DNA of 39,253 nt, from the NCBI RefSeq assembly GCF_001194135.2, contig NC_069002.1, forward strand, positions 11,709,647 through 11,748,899, in the 5' to 3' direction. Positions 11,759 through 24,740 of the stretch are shown one piece after another. The DNA is from Octopus bimaculoides (lineage: Eukaryota). Made by a program: the position numbers and the translations under genes. Under the pieces are notes generated by a model. The model did no database searches, was not told the origin of the DNA, and was given only the letters and a program-made list of their open reading frames with translations. Position 1 is the stretch's first letter. Every line of letters starts with the position of its first letter.

Positions 11759-12373
11759 TGGTTGTTGGGTGTGTGTGTAGGCATGTATATAAACATGCAC
11801 GTACACATGTATGGTTGGATGCGTGTAAGTATGTATCTGTGTAAACTTCTAGGTATGGAAGTGCGCATGTGAATATCTCTGCCCCGGTGTGTTTGTGTGT
11901 GTGCTTGCGTGTGCGCGCGTGCGCGGTGTGTGTGTGCGAGTTTGTGTGCGTGTATGTATGCGTGTGTATTTTTCTTTCGAGTCTTCCAGCAGGACAATGA
12001 TGCCTATTATATGGTTATATGAAACGCAGGTTTATCCAGCTGTTTCGTTCATTTCTTTTTAGGTGGCTGAGGCGCTAGTAGTAGTAGTAGTAATAGTAGA
12101 ATAAGAAGCAGTTTAATTTTTATAGTATCTGTGTTTGGTTTTAAAGCTTTAGTTGTTGTTGTACTTTAGACTAAGTTGGTCGCCATTTTCTCTATCATTT
12201 ACGTCGCCATTATTTCCCCAAAATTCCATTGGCTGTTTTATTGCAATCGTTTCCCTCCTGCTTCTCCTTTTCTTCTGAAATCTTAAACAAACTGAGAGTT
12301 TTTGTCTACCTATTTCATATCAGATAATCCCTCCGTTATATATGGGCGACATTGTGAATATACATACACAATG

Positions 12374-12809
<436 letters not shown>

Positions 12810-12844
12810 CTGCACGATGCATACATATACTCAAATACGTGCGG

Positions 12845-12940
12845 GCTGGGCTGTGTAATTATGAAGCTCACTTACAGGTTCGGTCTCGCGGCGCAGTACC
12901 TTGGGCACTTGTCTTCTATCACAGCCCGGGCCGACCGATA
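12845..12940 (+). mobile_element. Degenerate head fragment of SINE family A
   Basis: ggctgtgt..ggttcggtctc..accttgggcacttgtcttctatcacagcccgggccgacc aligns to 12384-12490. Confidence 0.6.
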
Positions 12941-13144
12941 AATTGTAAATGAATATCGTATACAGAAACTAGTATGATGATAAAAATTGATGTTAAAGAC
13001 GTTGTTATGCCGCTTCTGCTGCCGTTGTTGGTTGTGAGGCGATTTCGAGAATAAAAAAAAATACAGCAAAAAAGAAAAAAGAAAAAAATGAACAGTGCCG
13101 ACGTTCTTTTGTTCGACTCCAACGTAGAGCAGGTGGAAAGGATA

Positions 13145-14595
13145 ATGGCCGTGGTAGTGGTAGTGGTAGTGGTAGTGGTAGTGGTGATGGTAGTGATGTG
13201 ATAGTAGCAGTGATTCTGGTAGTGGAAGTGGTGATGGTTGTGGTAGTAGTGGAGTCGGCGATGGGGGAAAGTGGTTTTGTGGGGTAAGTGGTGGTGAGGT
13301 GGTGAGATGATGGCAGAGATTGTGGTGNNNNNNNNNNNNNNNNNNNNNNNNNNNNNNNNNNNNNNNNNNNNNNNNNNNNNNNNNNNNNNNNNNNNNNNNN
13401 NNNNNNNNNNNNNNNNNNNNNNNNNNNNNNNNNNNNNNNNNNNNNNNNNNNNNNNNNNNNNNNNNNNNNNNNNNNNNNNNNNNNNNNNNNNNNNNNNNNN
13501 NNNNNNNNNNNNNNNNNNNNNNNNNNNNNNNNNNNNNNNNNNNNNNNNNNNNNNNNNNNNNNNNNNNNNNNNNNNNNNNNNNNNNNNNNNNNNNNNNNNN
13601 NNNNNNNNNNNNNNNNNNNNNNNNNNNNNNNNNNNNNNNNNNNNNNNNNNNNNNNNNNNNNNNNNNNNNNNNNNNNNNNNNNNNNNNNNNNNNNNNNNNN
13701 NNNNNNNNNNNNNNNNNNNNNNNNNNNNNNNNNNNNNNNNNNNNNNNNNNNNNNNNNNNNNNNNNNNNNNNNNNNNNNNNNNNNNNNNNNNNNNNNNNNN
13801 NNNNNNNNNNNNNNNNNNNNNNNNNNNNNNNNNNNNNNNNNNNNNNNNNNNNNNNNNNNNNNNNNNNNNNNNNNNNNNNNNNNNNNNNNNNNNNNNNNNN
13901 NNNNNNNNNNNNNNNNNNNNNNNNNNNNNNNNNNNNNNNNNNNNNNNNNNNNNNNNNNNNNNNNNNNNNNNNNNNNNNNNNNNNNNNNNNNNNNNNNNNN
14001 NNNNNNNNNNNNNNNNNNNNNNNNNNNNNNNNNNNNNNNNNNNNNNNNNNNNNNNNNNNNNNNNNNNNNNNNNNNNNNNNNNNNNNNNNNNNNNNNNNNN
14101 NNNNNNNNNNNNNNNNNNNNNNNNNNNNNNNNNNNNNNNNNNNNNNNNNNNNNNNNNNNNNNNNNNNNNNNNNNNNNNNNNNNNNNNNNNNNNNNNNNNN
14201 NNNNNNNNNNNNNNNNNNNNNNNGTGGTGGTGGTGGTGGTGGTGATGATGACAGTGATGGTGCTGGTGCTGGTGCTGGTGACGGGAATTGTGTTGATGAT
14301 GATTATGATAATGAGGATGATGATGGTGGTGTCGGTGTTTTGTAATGGCGATGAAAGCGTCGAAGAAACGGTGTTCGAAAATATGGCTCCTTATCGTCTC
14401 CTGACCAGTACTACCCATAATTCATCCACAGTATGTCCCATGCGTCTTCTTATTAATAAACCCTGCCCCCCACACACACAGTACCATCTCTACCCTAACC
14501 ACTACCGCCACCACCACCACCGTCATCACCACCACCTCCAACACCACCATCATCTTCACCACCACCAACACCACCGCCACCAACACCACCACCNN
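13145..14595. repeat. (GGT/TAG/GAT)n and (CAC)n trinucleotide low-complexity block spanning gap 13328-14223
   Basis: Visible trinucleotide arrays either side of an N run. Confidence 0.85.
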
Positions 14596-14603
14596 NNNNN
14601 NNN

Positions 14604-14644
<41 letters not shown>

Positions 14645-14694
14645 ACGCTCAAAGATACATACACAGACATAGATACATGCAGGCAGACAAACAC

Positions 14695-14758
<64 letters not shown>

Positions 14759-14770
14759 GGATGGATGGAT
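14695..14770. repeat. (GATA)n/(GGAT)n microsatellite
   Basis: Visible run. Confidence 0.95.
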
Positions 14771-15527
14771 ATCATATTGAGCATTCCCTTCCGTTTGTAA
14801 ACCCAAACATTCTCGTTTAAATATAAGTGTGTATATGTGTGTATATATATGTGTGTATGTATATGCGTGTATATATATATGTGCGTGTGTGTGAATGTTT
14901 ATATATATATATATACGTACATACATATATATGTGTGTGTGTATGCATATATATTACATACACACATGCTCACATACAATGCACACATATACATACATAT
15001 ATATCACGTAACATGAGAATGTGAATGAATTGTATTGCACTTAAATGATCAAATGGAAGTTTGTTACGTCAGGAGAAACGAGATGCAGAGAGAGGTTAGG
15101 GTAATAGGAAAGAAAGAAAGAGGGAGAGGAGGAGGGAAAGAAATCATTACAGGCGTTTGCCTCGCTTTCATACCTTCTAACCGGATGCTCAAAGTTGTTC
15201 ACACGGTCAGACTTACTGATTTCCCATGCTTTTGTAGGCCTTTTACTGTGGTGTAACACTGCCGTCAATCGGATATTTCCTTTCCATTTTCATGAGCCAT
15301 TGACGGGAGACGACTAGATACACATGCACACAAATGACCACGCACACACTCACACTACACGCACAGAAACATACACACTTGTATGCACGCATGTATGTGT
15401 GTGCGTGTGTATATATATACATACATATACATATGTATGTGTATAGATGCATGTATGTGAATGTATGTATGCATATATACATATACATGCATATATACAT
15501 ACATATGTATATATGTGTATGTGTATA

Positions 15528-15565
<38 letters not shown>

Positions 15566-15602
15566 CACACAGATGTATGTGTGTATGTTGTATGTATGCA
15601 TC

Positions 15603-15636
<34 letters not shown>

Positions 15637-15659
15637 TGTATGTGTGTGTGCGTCTTGTA

Positions 15660-15905
15660 TTTATGTTTGCCCTCCGACACAGCTTGACAACCGGAGTTGG
15701 TTTGTTTACGTTCCCGTTACTTTAGCGGTTCGGTAAAAGAAAAAAAACAGATAGAATCTGTACAAGGCTCTAAAAGAAGAAATGTACTGGGATTCGATTT
15801 GGCTTGATTAAAAAAAAAAAAAGAAAGAAAGAAAGAAAGAAATCTTTCAAGGCCGTGCCCCAGCATGGCCGCTGTACAGTCCAACGGCAGAAACAATTAA
15901 AAAGA
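15660..15905 (+). mobile_element. 3' half of tRNA-SINE family A
   Basis: gcttgacaaccgg..gtttacgttcccgttac..agcggttcggtaaaag..aaggccgtgccccagcatggccgc. Confidence 0.75.
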
Positions 15906-16239
15906 TCGTGGAAAATCTGCTTATCAGAGCTGATTCAAAGCCAAGTAACAACAACAACAACAAAAACAACAAAAACAACAACAATAACACGCTCAGTAGG
16001 CACAGCAGGTCTTGTGTATATCACAATTACACCATCACCACCACCACCACCAACAACAACACCAACACCACCAACAACAACACTATCACCACTACAGTAG
16101 TCAGCTATCTATCGGCCCCCAAACTCTTCCATTTTGTCAGCAGTCCTCAGCACGTCTCATGTATATCTTCATTACAACTCTCCTATGTCAGAATTAGAGA
16201 AGGGGTTAACACTGATGTCGAGCTATTGTCAGTAATATA

Positions 16240-16259
16240 TTATTACTACTGTTTTGTTG

Positions 16260-16291
<32 letters not shown>

Positions 16292-16352
16292 GTTATTATG
16301 ATCATTATTAGTATTTTCATTATTTTCGTTGTTGTTGCTATTATTATTATTA

Positions 16353-16405
<53 letters not shown>

Positions 16406-16407
16406 GA
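16240..16407. repeat. (ATT)n/(GTT)n microsatellite
   Basis: Visible run. Confidence 0.95.
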
Positions 16408-16509
16408 TGCATTTGAAATGCAAGCAAATCTGGAACACAGCAACTTATCTGCGCACTGCTGAACACAATGCACCTGCGACCCTGTATATACACATACATG
16501 CATATAAAT

Positions 16510-16542
<33 letters not shown>

Positions 16543-17060
16543 CACACACACGCACGCACACACACACACACACGCACACGCACGTACACACACATATATA
16601 TATATGCGTTTATGCATCTGTATGTTTCTATGTATGTATATACACACATGCACGCACACATACATATATGTATGCATTTTTATACACATGTTTATGCATA
16701 CAGACGTATACATGCCTGTATGTATACACGTTTGTTCCTTTATGTGCCATGCTGTGCTCTGTGTGTGTGTGCGTGTGTGTTTTCGTGTACATTGATTTCA
16801 CTACTTCAAAGATGAATGAAACCCAATTAGGGCGAAAAAGCGGTTCCCTCGTTTGTTAGAGTTGTTTGTTCTCTAGAAGGGTTACAACCCCAAATTTGTT
16901 TAGGCTGTATATACAGATATATATATATATATATATATANNNNNNNNNNNNNNNNNNCATACATACATACATGCATACATGCATACATACATATATACAC
17001 TCACACACATACATAAATACATAAAGGCAGACAGATAGACAGATAGATAAATAGATAGAG

Positions 17061-17105
<45 letters not shown>

Positions 17106-17474
17106 CGCATGTATGTACATGTACGTATATATGTAGTTATGTATTTAAATGCTTATATTGAATTTATATAAACATAGATACACAATTATGTTAACACACG
17201 TACATATATATGCAATGCGTGTCCATGTTAATGTCTGTACCTATGTATGTATACATGCATGTACATATATCTTATACATGTATATGTATGTTTATATGTA
17301 CACATTTTTGCTACTGAATCTACTCCTTCATCTACACACCAATTCCCCATATATATGTATATATATATATATGCATTACGCCAAGCTAGCTAATGGAGCA
17401 ATAGTCAAATTTTTATTCACGTATTTACTGCATGGAGCTTTACAAATAAAATCTAACTGAATATGATTATATAA

Positions 17475-19028
17475 TGTGATAACAACATTCGACTGTGCTG
17501 GATATTTTTTCTTATTTCTTTCAGGCAATTACAGGAAAGGACTCTTGATGTGATTTGGTTTCACTATGAGATCATCAGCAAAGTAAAACCGTGTTTGGAG
17601 AAATAATGATGAGAATATCATTAATTTGATATACGTTCGTTGTTGGAGGAAGCAGAAGTGTTTAGAAATCAATTAAGAGATGAAATCCGAATCAAGGATA
17701 AGCTAAAGTCAAGTTGATATATGTAATGGTGAAAGACATGAAAAGCATGAACAGCTACTGATATTTATAACTGGGTTAGACGTGAGGATACGAGTTATAG
17801 AGCTGGATTGAAATCCAGATGGATTGAGCTATATATCTTTTTAATGATTTTGTCCCTAACAAGGCTTGAAGCCACCTTGGTGTAAGGGACAACAAATAAA
17901 GAAAAGAAGAGACCTAGAAATTCAAAACGTTATTTGACAGAAGTTTAAAGGACTGAGTATCGTACAGCAAAGGAAAAGATGTTGGTAGTGAGTTCCAAAT
18001 AGCAGCAGTTTGAGGAAAGAAGCTTTTAGAATACGTAGAAGGTTTTATGACTAACAGGAAGTTCAACAGAGAAATTATGTGTCTGGGTAGAGAAGCGGGT
18101 GATAGGTTAAAGATATTGACGGGAGGTACTGGACCAGAAAATTTATCAGAACAATGACCATGGAAATACTTATAGAAAAAATGATGAAGATATATTTCGA
18201 TGATGAGCCCAAAGACTTCAGCCAAGAAGAAAGACGAGAAACCACTATGTTAACAACTTAATTCTGAATTTGAAAAGAAGACGATGGGAAAGAATTCCAG
18301 AGAGCAGCATCTCGAGGAAAGAAACTGTTAGGATAGGACTTATGAATAACAGGAAGTTCAACTGAGGAACGATGCACCTAAGAAGAAAAGCAGACGACAA
18401 GTTTAAAGGTCTTGACAGAGGGTGTCAGACCATAAAGCTTATCAGAGCAATGACTATGGACATATTTATAGAAAAGAAACAACGAAGATATATTTCGATG
18501 ATGAGTCAAAGACTACAACTCAGTAGAAAGAAGAGAATCCACCATGTTAACAACTCGATTCTGAATTTGAGAAGAAGACGATGGAAAGAAGCTGTTAGAA
18601 TAAAAGGGCTTGTGACTAACAGGAAGTTCAACTGGAAAATGATGCCCCTGGGAAGAGAAGCGGGTGACATTTTTAAAGCTCTTGACAGACGTTACTGGGC
18701 CAGAAAGTTCATTAGAGCATTACCGATGATTAACCAAAGACTCCCACGTCATAGAAAGAAGAAGATCCAACATTTTAGTGATACGGTTTAGAATTCGATA
18801 AAGCCAGTTAATGTCTTTGTCTTAACACGTACCACTGTCATGAGCTTGAAATAATACTGTGTTTTTTTTTCCTTTTCTTAATGTAGTTCTCAATATACCA
18901 TTCTCGGAACTAAATCATTATTTTCGACTTAAAAAAAAACGGTTTAGTGTTTTAATTTCAGGAACGTTTCAGTATGTTGGCCTTGAAATAAAAAAAAATA
19001 TCCAGCACAGTCGAATGTTGTTATCACA
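17475..19028. mobile_element. Putative long-TIR (foldback/MITE-like) unit enclosing LINE-derived sequence
   Basis: Inverted repeat tatataatgtgataacaacattcgactgtgctggatatttttt (from 17468) / aaaaaatatccagcacagtcgaatgttgttatcacattatata (to 19035), about 43 bp perfect with a further imperfect extension; flanks ttatataa / ttatatat. Confidence 0.65.
17915..18770 (-). mobile_element. CR1/Jockey-superfamily LINE ORF2 C-terminal segment in three diverged tandem copies of about 270-300 bp
   Basis: FYKYFHGHCSDK..SFFPQTAAIWNSLP..YDTQSFK in ORF 17914..18225; anchor aacaggaagttcaac at 18053, 18348, 18618; anchor gaagatatatttcgatgatgag at 18186, 18484. Confidence 0.8.
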
Positions 19029-19034
19029 TTATAT

Positions 19035-19142
19035 ATAACGTTTGTGCCTGCTGGGTATTGAGATGATTGTTTCGTGTTGGATAGAGGTTTAACTGGCAAT
19101 TCTTTCTTCTAGTTTGAGAGATTGCTAGGGAATATAAATTAA
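19035..19142 (+). repeat. About 108-bp direct repeat, copy 1
   Basis: Roughly 90% or more identical by eye to 19942-20049. Confidence 0.9.
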
Positions 19143-19941
19143 AAAGTTTCTTCGTCTTCGAAAAGTCTCTTAGAAACAGTCTCTTTTGTTCGAGAAAAAG
19201 TGACCTGATCATCGAAACGTCCCAATGTCTTGGTCTTAGAAACAATATGATGGTCATAGAAACAGCATCTTGGTCTTAGAATGAGTGCCTTTTGTCCTAG
19301 AAACCACTATGCGTCTCAGTCTTGGAAACGGCGCAGTGTATTACCTTAATTTCTAATTGATCCCCAAAATCGCTTTAGTTCCTTCATCCCACAACTGCAA
19401 CCTTTGTTTTACAAACACTGTCTTGGTCTTAAAAACATCGCCTTGATCTTAGAATGTGTCTTGGTCTTGGAAACCAGGCAGTATATTGTCCCCGTTTTTA
19501 ATCAGTCTCAAGAAACGTTTTTCTGTCTTCGTCTGTGAATCACAACCTCTACTTTAACTAATAGTGTTTTGAGTTTTATACGATTCAGTAACAGATTTAA
19601 AACCATAGTAACTTTTTTTTAAATATATATAATTCATTAAGTCTTTTAACTTTAATCTTTAAAACCATTCGACAACGACCGACTCCTAGAAATGAAATCA
19701 TTTAGTGTCTTGGTTTGTAAAATGACTCAGTACTGGTAATCAGAACGAACCATTTAATACCTTATCAGCTCGCCAAGATTATACGAATTCAAACACACGC
19801 CTTGTAATTCGCTTCAGTTTCAATTATTAACAACAGAAAAAGCAGTAATAAATTTTCCTTATATTTTATTCTATATAATATTCAGCTTCTACGTTTATCA
19901 TTGGTTATTTAACATCACGTGATCGAAGCAAAACAGATTCA

Positions 19942-20049
19942 ATAACGTTTGTGCCTACTGGGTATTGAGATGATTGTTTCGTGTTGGATAAAGGTTTAAC
20001 TGGTAATTCTTTCTTCTAGGTTTCGAGATTGCTGGGGAATATAAATTAA
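19942..20049 (+). repeat. About 108-bp direct repeat, copy 2
   Basis: See copy 1. Confidence 0.9.
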
Positions 20050-20459
20050 TTAGGAGCGTTTTCAATTACTACAAGATTTTCTGTACACCGTGCACACAGA
20101 CAAACATGCATATACATACAGATACATGCATAGCTGTGTAAGCATGTATGAGTATATATGGAAATATATATGTGTTGCCATTCATAAGCACACATACAAA
20201 TATATAAGTATATGTATATATGTATGCACGTATGTATAGACATGTGTNNNNNNNNNNNNNNNNNNNNNNNNNNNNNNNNNNNNNNNNNNNNNNNNNNNNN
20301 NNNNNNNNNNNNNNNNNNNNNNNNNNNNNNNNNNNNNNNNNNNNNNNGTGTGTAAACAAAAAAGTGTTTAGAATTGATGACGCCACGACCGACTAATAAA
20401 AAGCCATTGGCACCAACAAAGCTACTCACAAACATTGATGACAGTGGAGGCGCTGCTGC

Positions 20460-20468
20460 TGACGATGG

Positions 20469-20501
<33 letters not shown>

Positions 20502-20660
20502 CTATTATAATGATGATGATGATGGTGATGATGGTGATACCGACAATGATGATGATGGTGGTGGTGGTGGTGGTGTTGATGACGATGTTAACGATCTTAA
20601 TGATGGTGATGGTGATGGTGATGATGACGATGAGGATTACGATGATGGTGATGATGACAG
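20460..20660. repeat. (GAT)n/(GGT)n microsatellite
   Basis: Visible run; gives the Asp-rich ORF artefact. Confidence 0.9.
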
Positions 20661-21910
20661 TATGTGGTTATGAGGTGTACACGGTGTGAAATGAAACACT
20701 GTGACTCATTAGCCGCTACTTTACCTGGCAGGAGGAAGAAGAAATGAGAAAAAATGAAAAAAATAAATAAATAAACAAACAAATAAATAAATATATTAGT
20801 CTCTCCCCCTCTCTCCCTCTCCTTCTCTCTATCCCTCCCTCTCCCTCTGCATTACCGAGAACCATTAGTCATAGCCAAGCTGGATGGCTTCCTGCTGTGT
20901 TACAACATTTCTGTTGTGTTGTAGGTGTATGTGTATGAATATGTATGTCAGAGTATATATATATATATGTATGTATATATGAACGTATGTTGTAAGTTTG
21001 TGTGTGTGTGTGTATGCATGAAAGTGAATGCTGTGTGCGTGTGTATGCTTTTTTGCCTCTGTGTGCATATTTCTATGTGTGTACGTGTGTTTGTGCATGT
21101 GTGTGTGTGTGTGATGCGCCTGATTTGAAAGTAAGCGTGTATATATATATATATATATATATAAACCCGTCTATATATATATAAGCATAAATAAACGCAC
21201 GTGTGTGTGTGCCTGTATACAAACATACAGAGACGCGTATATATGCAAGTACAATTATAAACGTGGGTTTGCATACACTTACAGATATACATACATATTT
21301 AAATCTATACGTATATATATATATATATATATATATANNNNNNNNNNNNNNNNNNNNNNNNNNNNNNNNNNNNNNNNNNNNNNNNNNNNNNNNNNNNNNN
21401 NNNNNNNNNNNNNNNNNNNNNNNNNNNNNNNNNNNNNNNNNNNNNNNNNNNNNNNNNNNNNNNNNNNNNNNNNNNNNNNNNNNNNNNNNNNNNNNNNNNN
21501 NNNNNNNNNNNNNNNNNNNNNNNNNNNNNNNNNNNNNNNNNNNNNNNNNNNNNNNNNNNNNNNNNNNNNNNNNNNNNNNNNNNNNNNNNNNNNNNNNNNN
21601 NNNNNNNNNNNNNNNNNNNNNNNNNNNNNNNNNNNNNNNNNNNNNNNNNNNNNNNNNNNNNNNNNNNNNNNNNNNNNNNNNNNNNNNNNNNNNNNNNNNN
21701 NNNNNNNNNNNNNNNNNNNNNNNNNNNNNNNNACACAGACATATACATATATGTGAAAACACATCTATACACGAATATAAATGTATTCCTGCATCTGTAT
21801 ACAGTCACACATATACACGCATATATCCACTCATATATCAATGCGTGTATCTATATCTATGTATACACACATATATATATACATATATACATACATATAT
21901 GTATGTTAAT

Positions 21911-21941
<31 letters not shown>

Positions 21942-22679
21942 AGCTTAAGTCATTAGGTGTGAAATATGTTAATCAATTCCTGTGATGATATCACTAACAA
22001 AAGGTTTCAGTGGAAACGAGTCAATTTTTTTCCTTTTCCTATTTTCCTCTTCCTCTTTTCCTTTCTTTCCTTATTTCATTCACTCATTCACTTCTCTTTC
22101 TGTTTTTTCATTCGTTTCTCTGTCTCCTTCCATGGTAAACTTGTAGTTACAGGATTGTATAATAATATAAAATAATTGTTTCGTTTGTGTTAACACACTG
22201 AAAGCAGAAAGCTTTAAAAAACGTTAACTAGAAATAATTATATGGTTAAGAAACAAACGATATTAGCCATTGTTTGATATTTTGATTATATGATTATTCT
22301 AAAGTTCATGGGAGATAATTCAAGACATGGTCTGGACTTATCTTGTATATGTCCTCATCAGCAAAGTATAAACTTCAATTCATTTGTCGAAGCACTGATG
22401 TCAGATTCAAAAAGTGTATGGATGGTTATTGTATATATATCGGCTGGTGTAGAAAGATCGATCGAATTGATCTTAGAATTGATAACTCATAGACGCCAGC
22501 TGCTCAAACAAATCTATTGTTAGTTTAGTGTGGAATGAGACAGTTCGGCGCAGCTGTTTAGGTGCAGACAATTTGGCATGGCTGACAGGATATTCAACTT
22601 GTTTCGGTGACAGTAGTTTTTTACACTGGAGACACACACAAACACACACACATGCACACACATAAACACATACACACAA

Positions 22680-22712
<33 letters not shown>

Positions 22713-23497
22713 NNNNNNNNNNNNNNNNNNNNNNNNNNNNNNNNNNNNNNNNNNNNNNNNNNNNNNNNNNNNNNNNNNNNNNNNNNNNNNNNNNNNNNNN
22801 NNNNNNNNNNNNNNNNNNNNNNNNNNNNNNNNNNNAAAATTTATGAATTAACCAAGGCTGACATTAACACATTTCCTCTCTTCATACATTTAAGGAAAAT
22901 TAACAGGAGATTGAGCGGGACAGTGATAGGAATGGATGGAGAGAACAAGAGAAACATTAAAACGTGACTATCTTTGAAGGATCTTATGTCAAACAAATCA
23001 GCAACGAATCAGCGACGCCAAAATGACGGCGACAAAACAGCTGTACCAAAACGTTACATACCCATCCCGGGATCCTAGCCTTGAAAGCTATCTCATCCTA
23101 GCTTTCATTGCAGTCTTTACGTTTTGCCTTGTAATGACAACAGAATACTTGGTTGGTTGACAGGAGGATAAAAATGCGTTTGCAGTTCAAATATATTTAT
23201 CGTTACAAATACATCAATTCTTAACCAAAAATAATGTCCATCCGAAGAACAACAAAACAGAGATATTTTCACCATGTGAATCAATTTGTGTATGTCAGTG
23301 AGAGCTATGTATGTCAGCAATGATGGTAGATTGCCGAAGTAGTTGGATTTCGTAGCCGAATTTGAGTTGCGTATGTTCCTGCAGCATGTTAGATTTAGCT
23401 GTATTACTACCACTGGTCAGTTACGAGCCAATTCGCCATGATAGATCGCTAGCCACTACACATTCTTTATTTTCTCTCCTTGTTTCTTTCTGTGTTC

Positions 23498-23533
23498 CTT
23501 TCTGTGGAAGAGCATAGGCTCGAAACGTTAAAG
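23498..23533 (+). ncRNA. Variant hammerhead-like motif in a probable PLE terminal-repeat fragment (about 23440-23635)
   Basis: CUUU-CUGUGGAA-GAGC(auag)GCUC-GAAA-CG-UU-AAAG: stem I CUUU/AAAG, 4-bp stem II, palindromic stem III ACGU; core deviates from CUGANGA (A6U plus one extra nt); followed by a T-rich tail ending in tatata. Confidence 0.45.
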
Positions 23534-24332
23534 ACTTTTTCACTTCCCGAGCGTTAGACTAATACAACTGTTTGTTGTTTACACTACCTGTCTTCGTCTT
23601 TTGTTTTTTGTTTTTGTGAATTCTCTTCCTATATATTCCTAATGATTTGCCAAAGAAAAGACACCAAATACAAAATCATTAATGACATTATAATATGCTG
23701 TTTACAATATTGGGATTCTGAGCTAAGCATTTGCTGTGTCTATTGGGTTATCACCCAATAGACACAGCTTACCAAGTACTTGAGTAGCTGGCAAATTGTG
23801 ACGGCATCAATCCCCGACGAAACCCTGTTCTGATTTTTACAGTTGCTTTTGCATTTTAACATAGTGATACTAGTTCAGTTTCTAGGACTGAGTTCGTGTT
23901 TGGTACTCAACTAGTATTTCTGCTACAACCTTCTATTTTTCTTAACATAATTGTATTTTCAAATAACGTAGTCATTCTAACGGTATGAGTGAAACACTGT
24001 ATTTTTCTTCTTCTTGCACATTTTATGTTTCTAAACAAATATATTAATTTTTTCTAAAGTTGACAAGCTTATCTAACTGTCATTGAACGTAATACCAAAA
24101 ATTCTGAGAAGTTACGTCATTCCGATGTTTGACAATGTCATATTCATGTCTTTTAAACATATCCATGTTTCACATCCATACAATACTATTGCAGTTATCA
24201 TAAATTAGCTTTAGTTTAGCGTTCGTTGCAATGTTGTTTGCGGTTTCAGATCGTATTTATTTGTACAAATTGTGCAAAAAAGGATAATTATAAGCTTAAT
24301 TTTACTCTTAATTGTGCAAAAACGATAATTAA

Positions 24333-24740
24333 CTGCTTAATTTCACTCAGTATACAAAGGATGGGTTTCAACAAACGACACACTTGAACAGTTTTGCTGA
24401 TCTCACTACAGCTTACGATATGATTAATCGCTGCTTATTATTATAATAGGTATACAACAATTTAACAAATTATACAGACCTTCCACCGCTCGTCGCTCTT
24501 TTGAAAGGAAATAGAAGCTTGATTGTGGTATTAAACGAGCGTACACGAAAATTAGGAAACATTCTAGAATTGCATAGTTACTCGCTCTGCTGTTGTTTTT
24601 GTTCAACGTTTACATAAATGATCCACTGAATAAGGAGAATAATAAGTGTTATATCTACAGATATATTATGTACAGCACAGACATGAGGAATATTCTAACG
24701 TCATTTAAACAACCTCGGGTATAGTTTTATACAATGGAAA
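24333..24740 (+). mobile_element. Degraded non-LTR retrotransposon reverse transcriptase (RTE/RTEX-like)
   Basis: LLNFTQYTKDGFQQ..FADLTTAYDMINRCLLL* (cf. LNLTQHIEDG..FVDLSAAYDTVNHR) and LFNVYIND at 24599-24622; stops and frameshifts. Confidence 0.75.

Noticed and set aside
18372-18791. 139-aa plus-strand ORF
   Set aside because: Antisense to the LINE-derived tandem units; the recognisable motifs are on the minus strand.
20374-20673. Asp-rich ORF
   Set aside because: (GAT)n microsatellite with no splice or domain support.
22321-22365. Minus-strand CUGAUGA-GGAC..GUCC-AGAC-CAUG-UC hammerhead look-alike
   Set aside because: GAAA is replaced by AGAC and stem I does not pair; too degenerate to call.
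23117-23413. 98-aa minus ORF and neighbouring frame KSNMLQEHTQLKFGYEIQLLRQ
   Set aside because: Only a vague resemblance to PLE N-termini; cannot be supported without a search.
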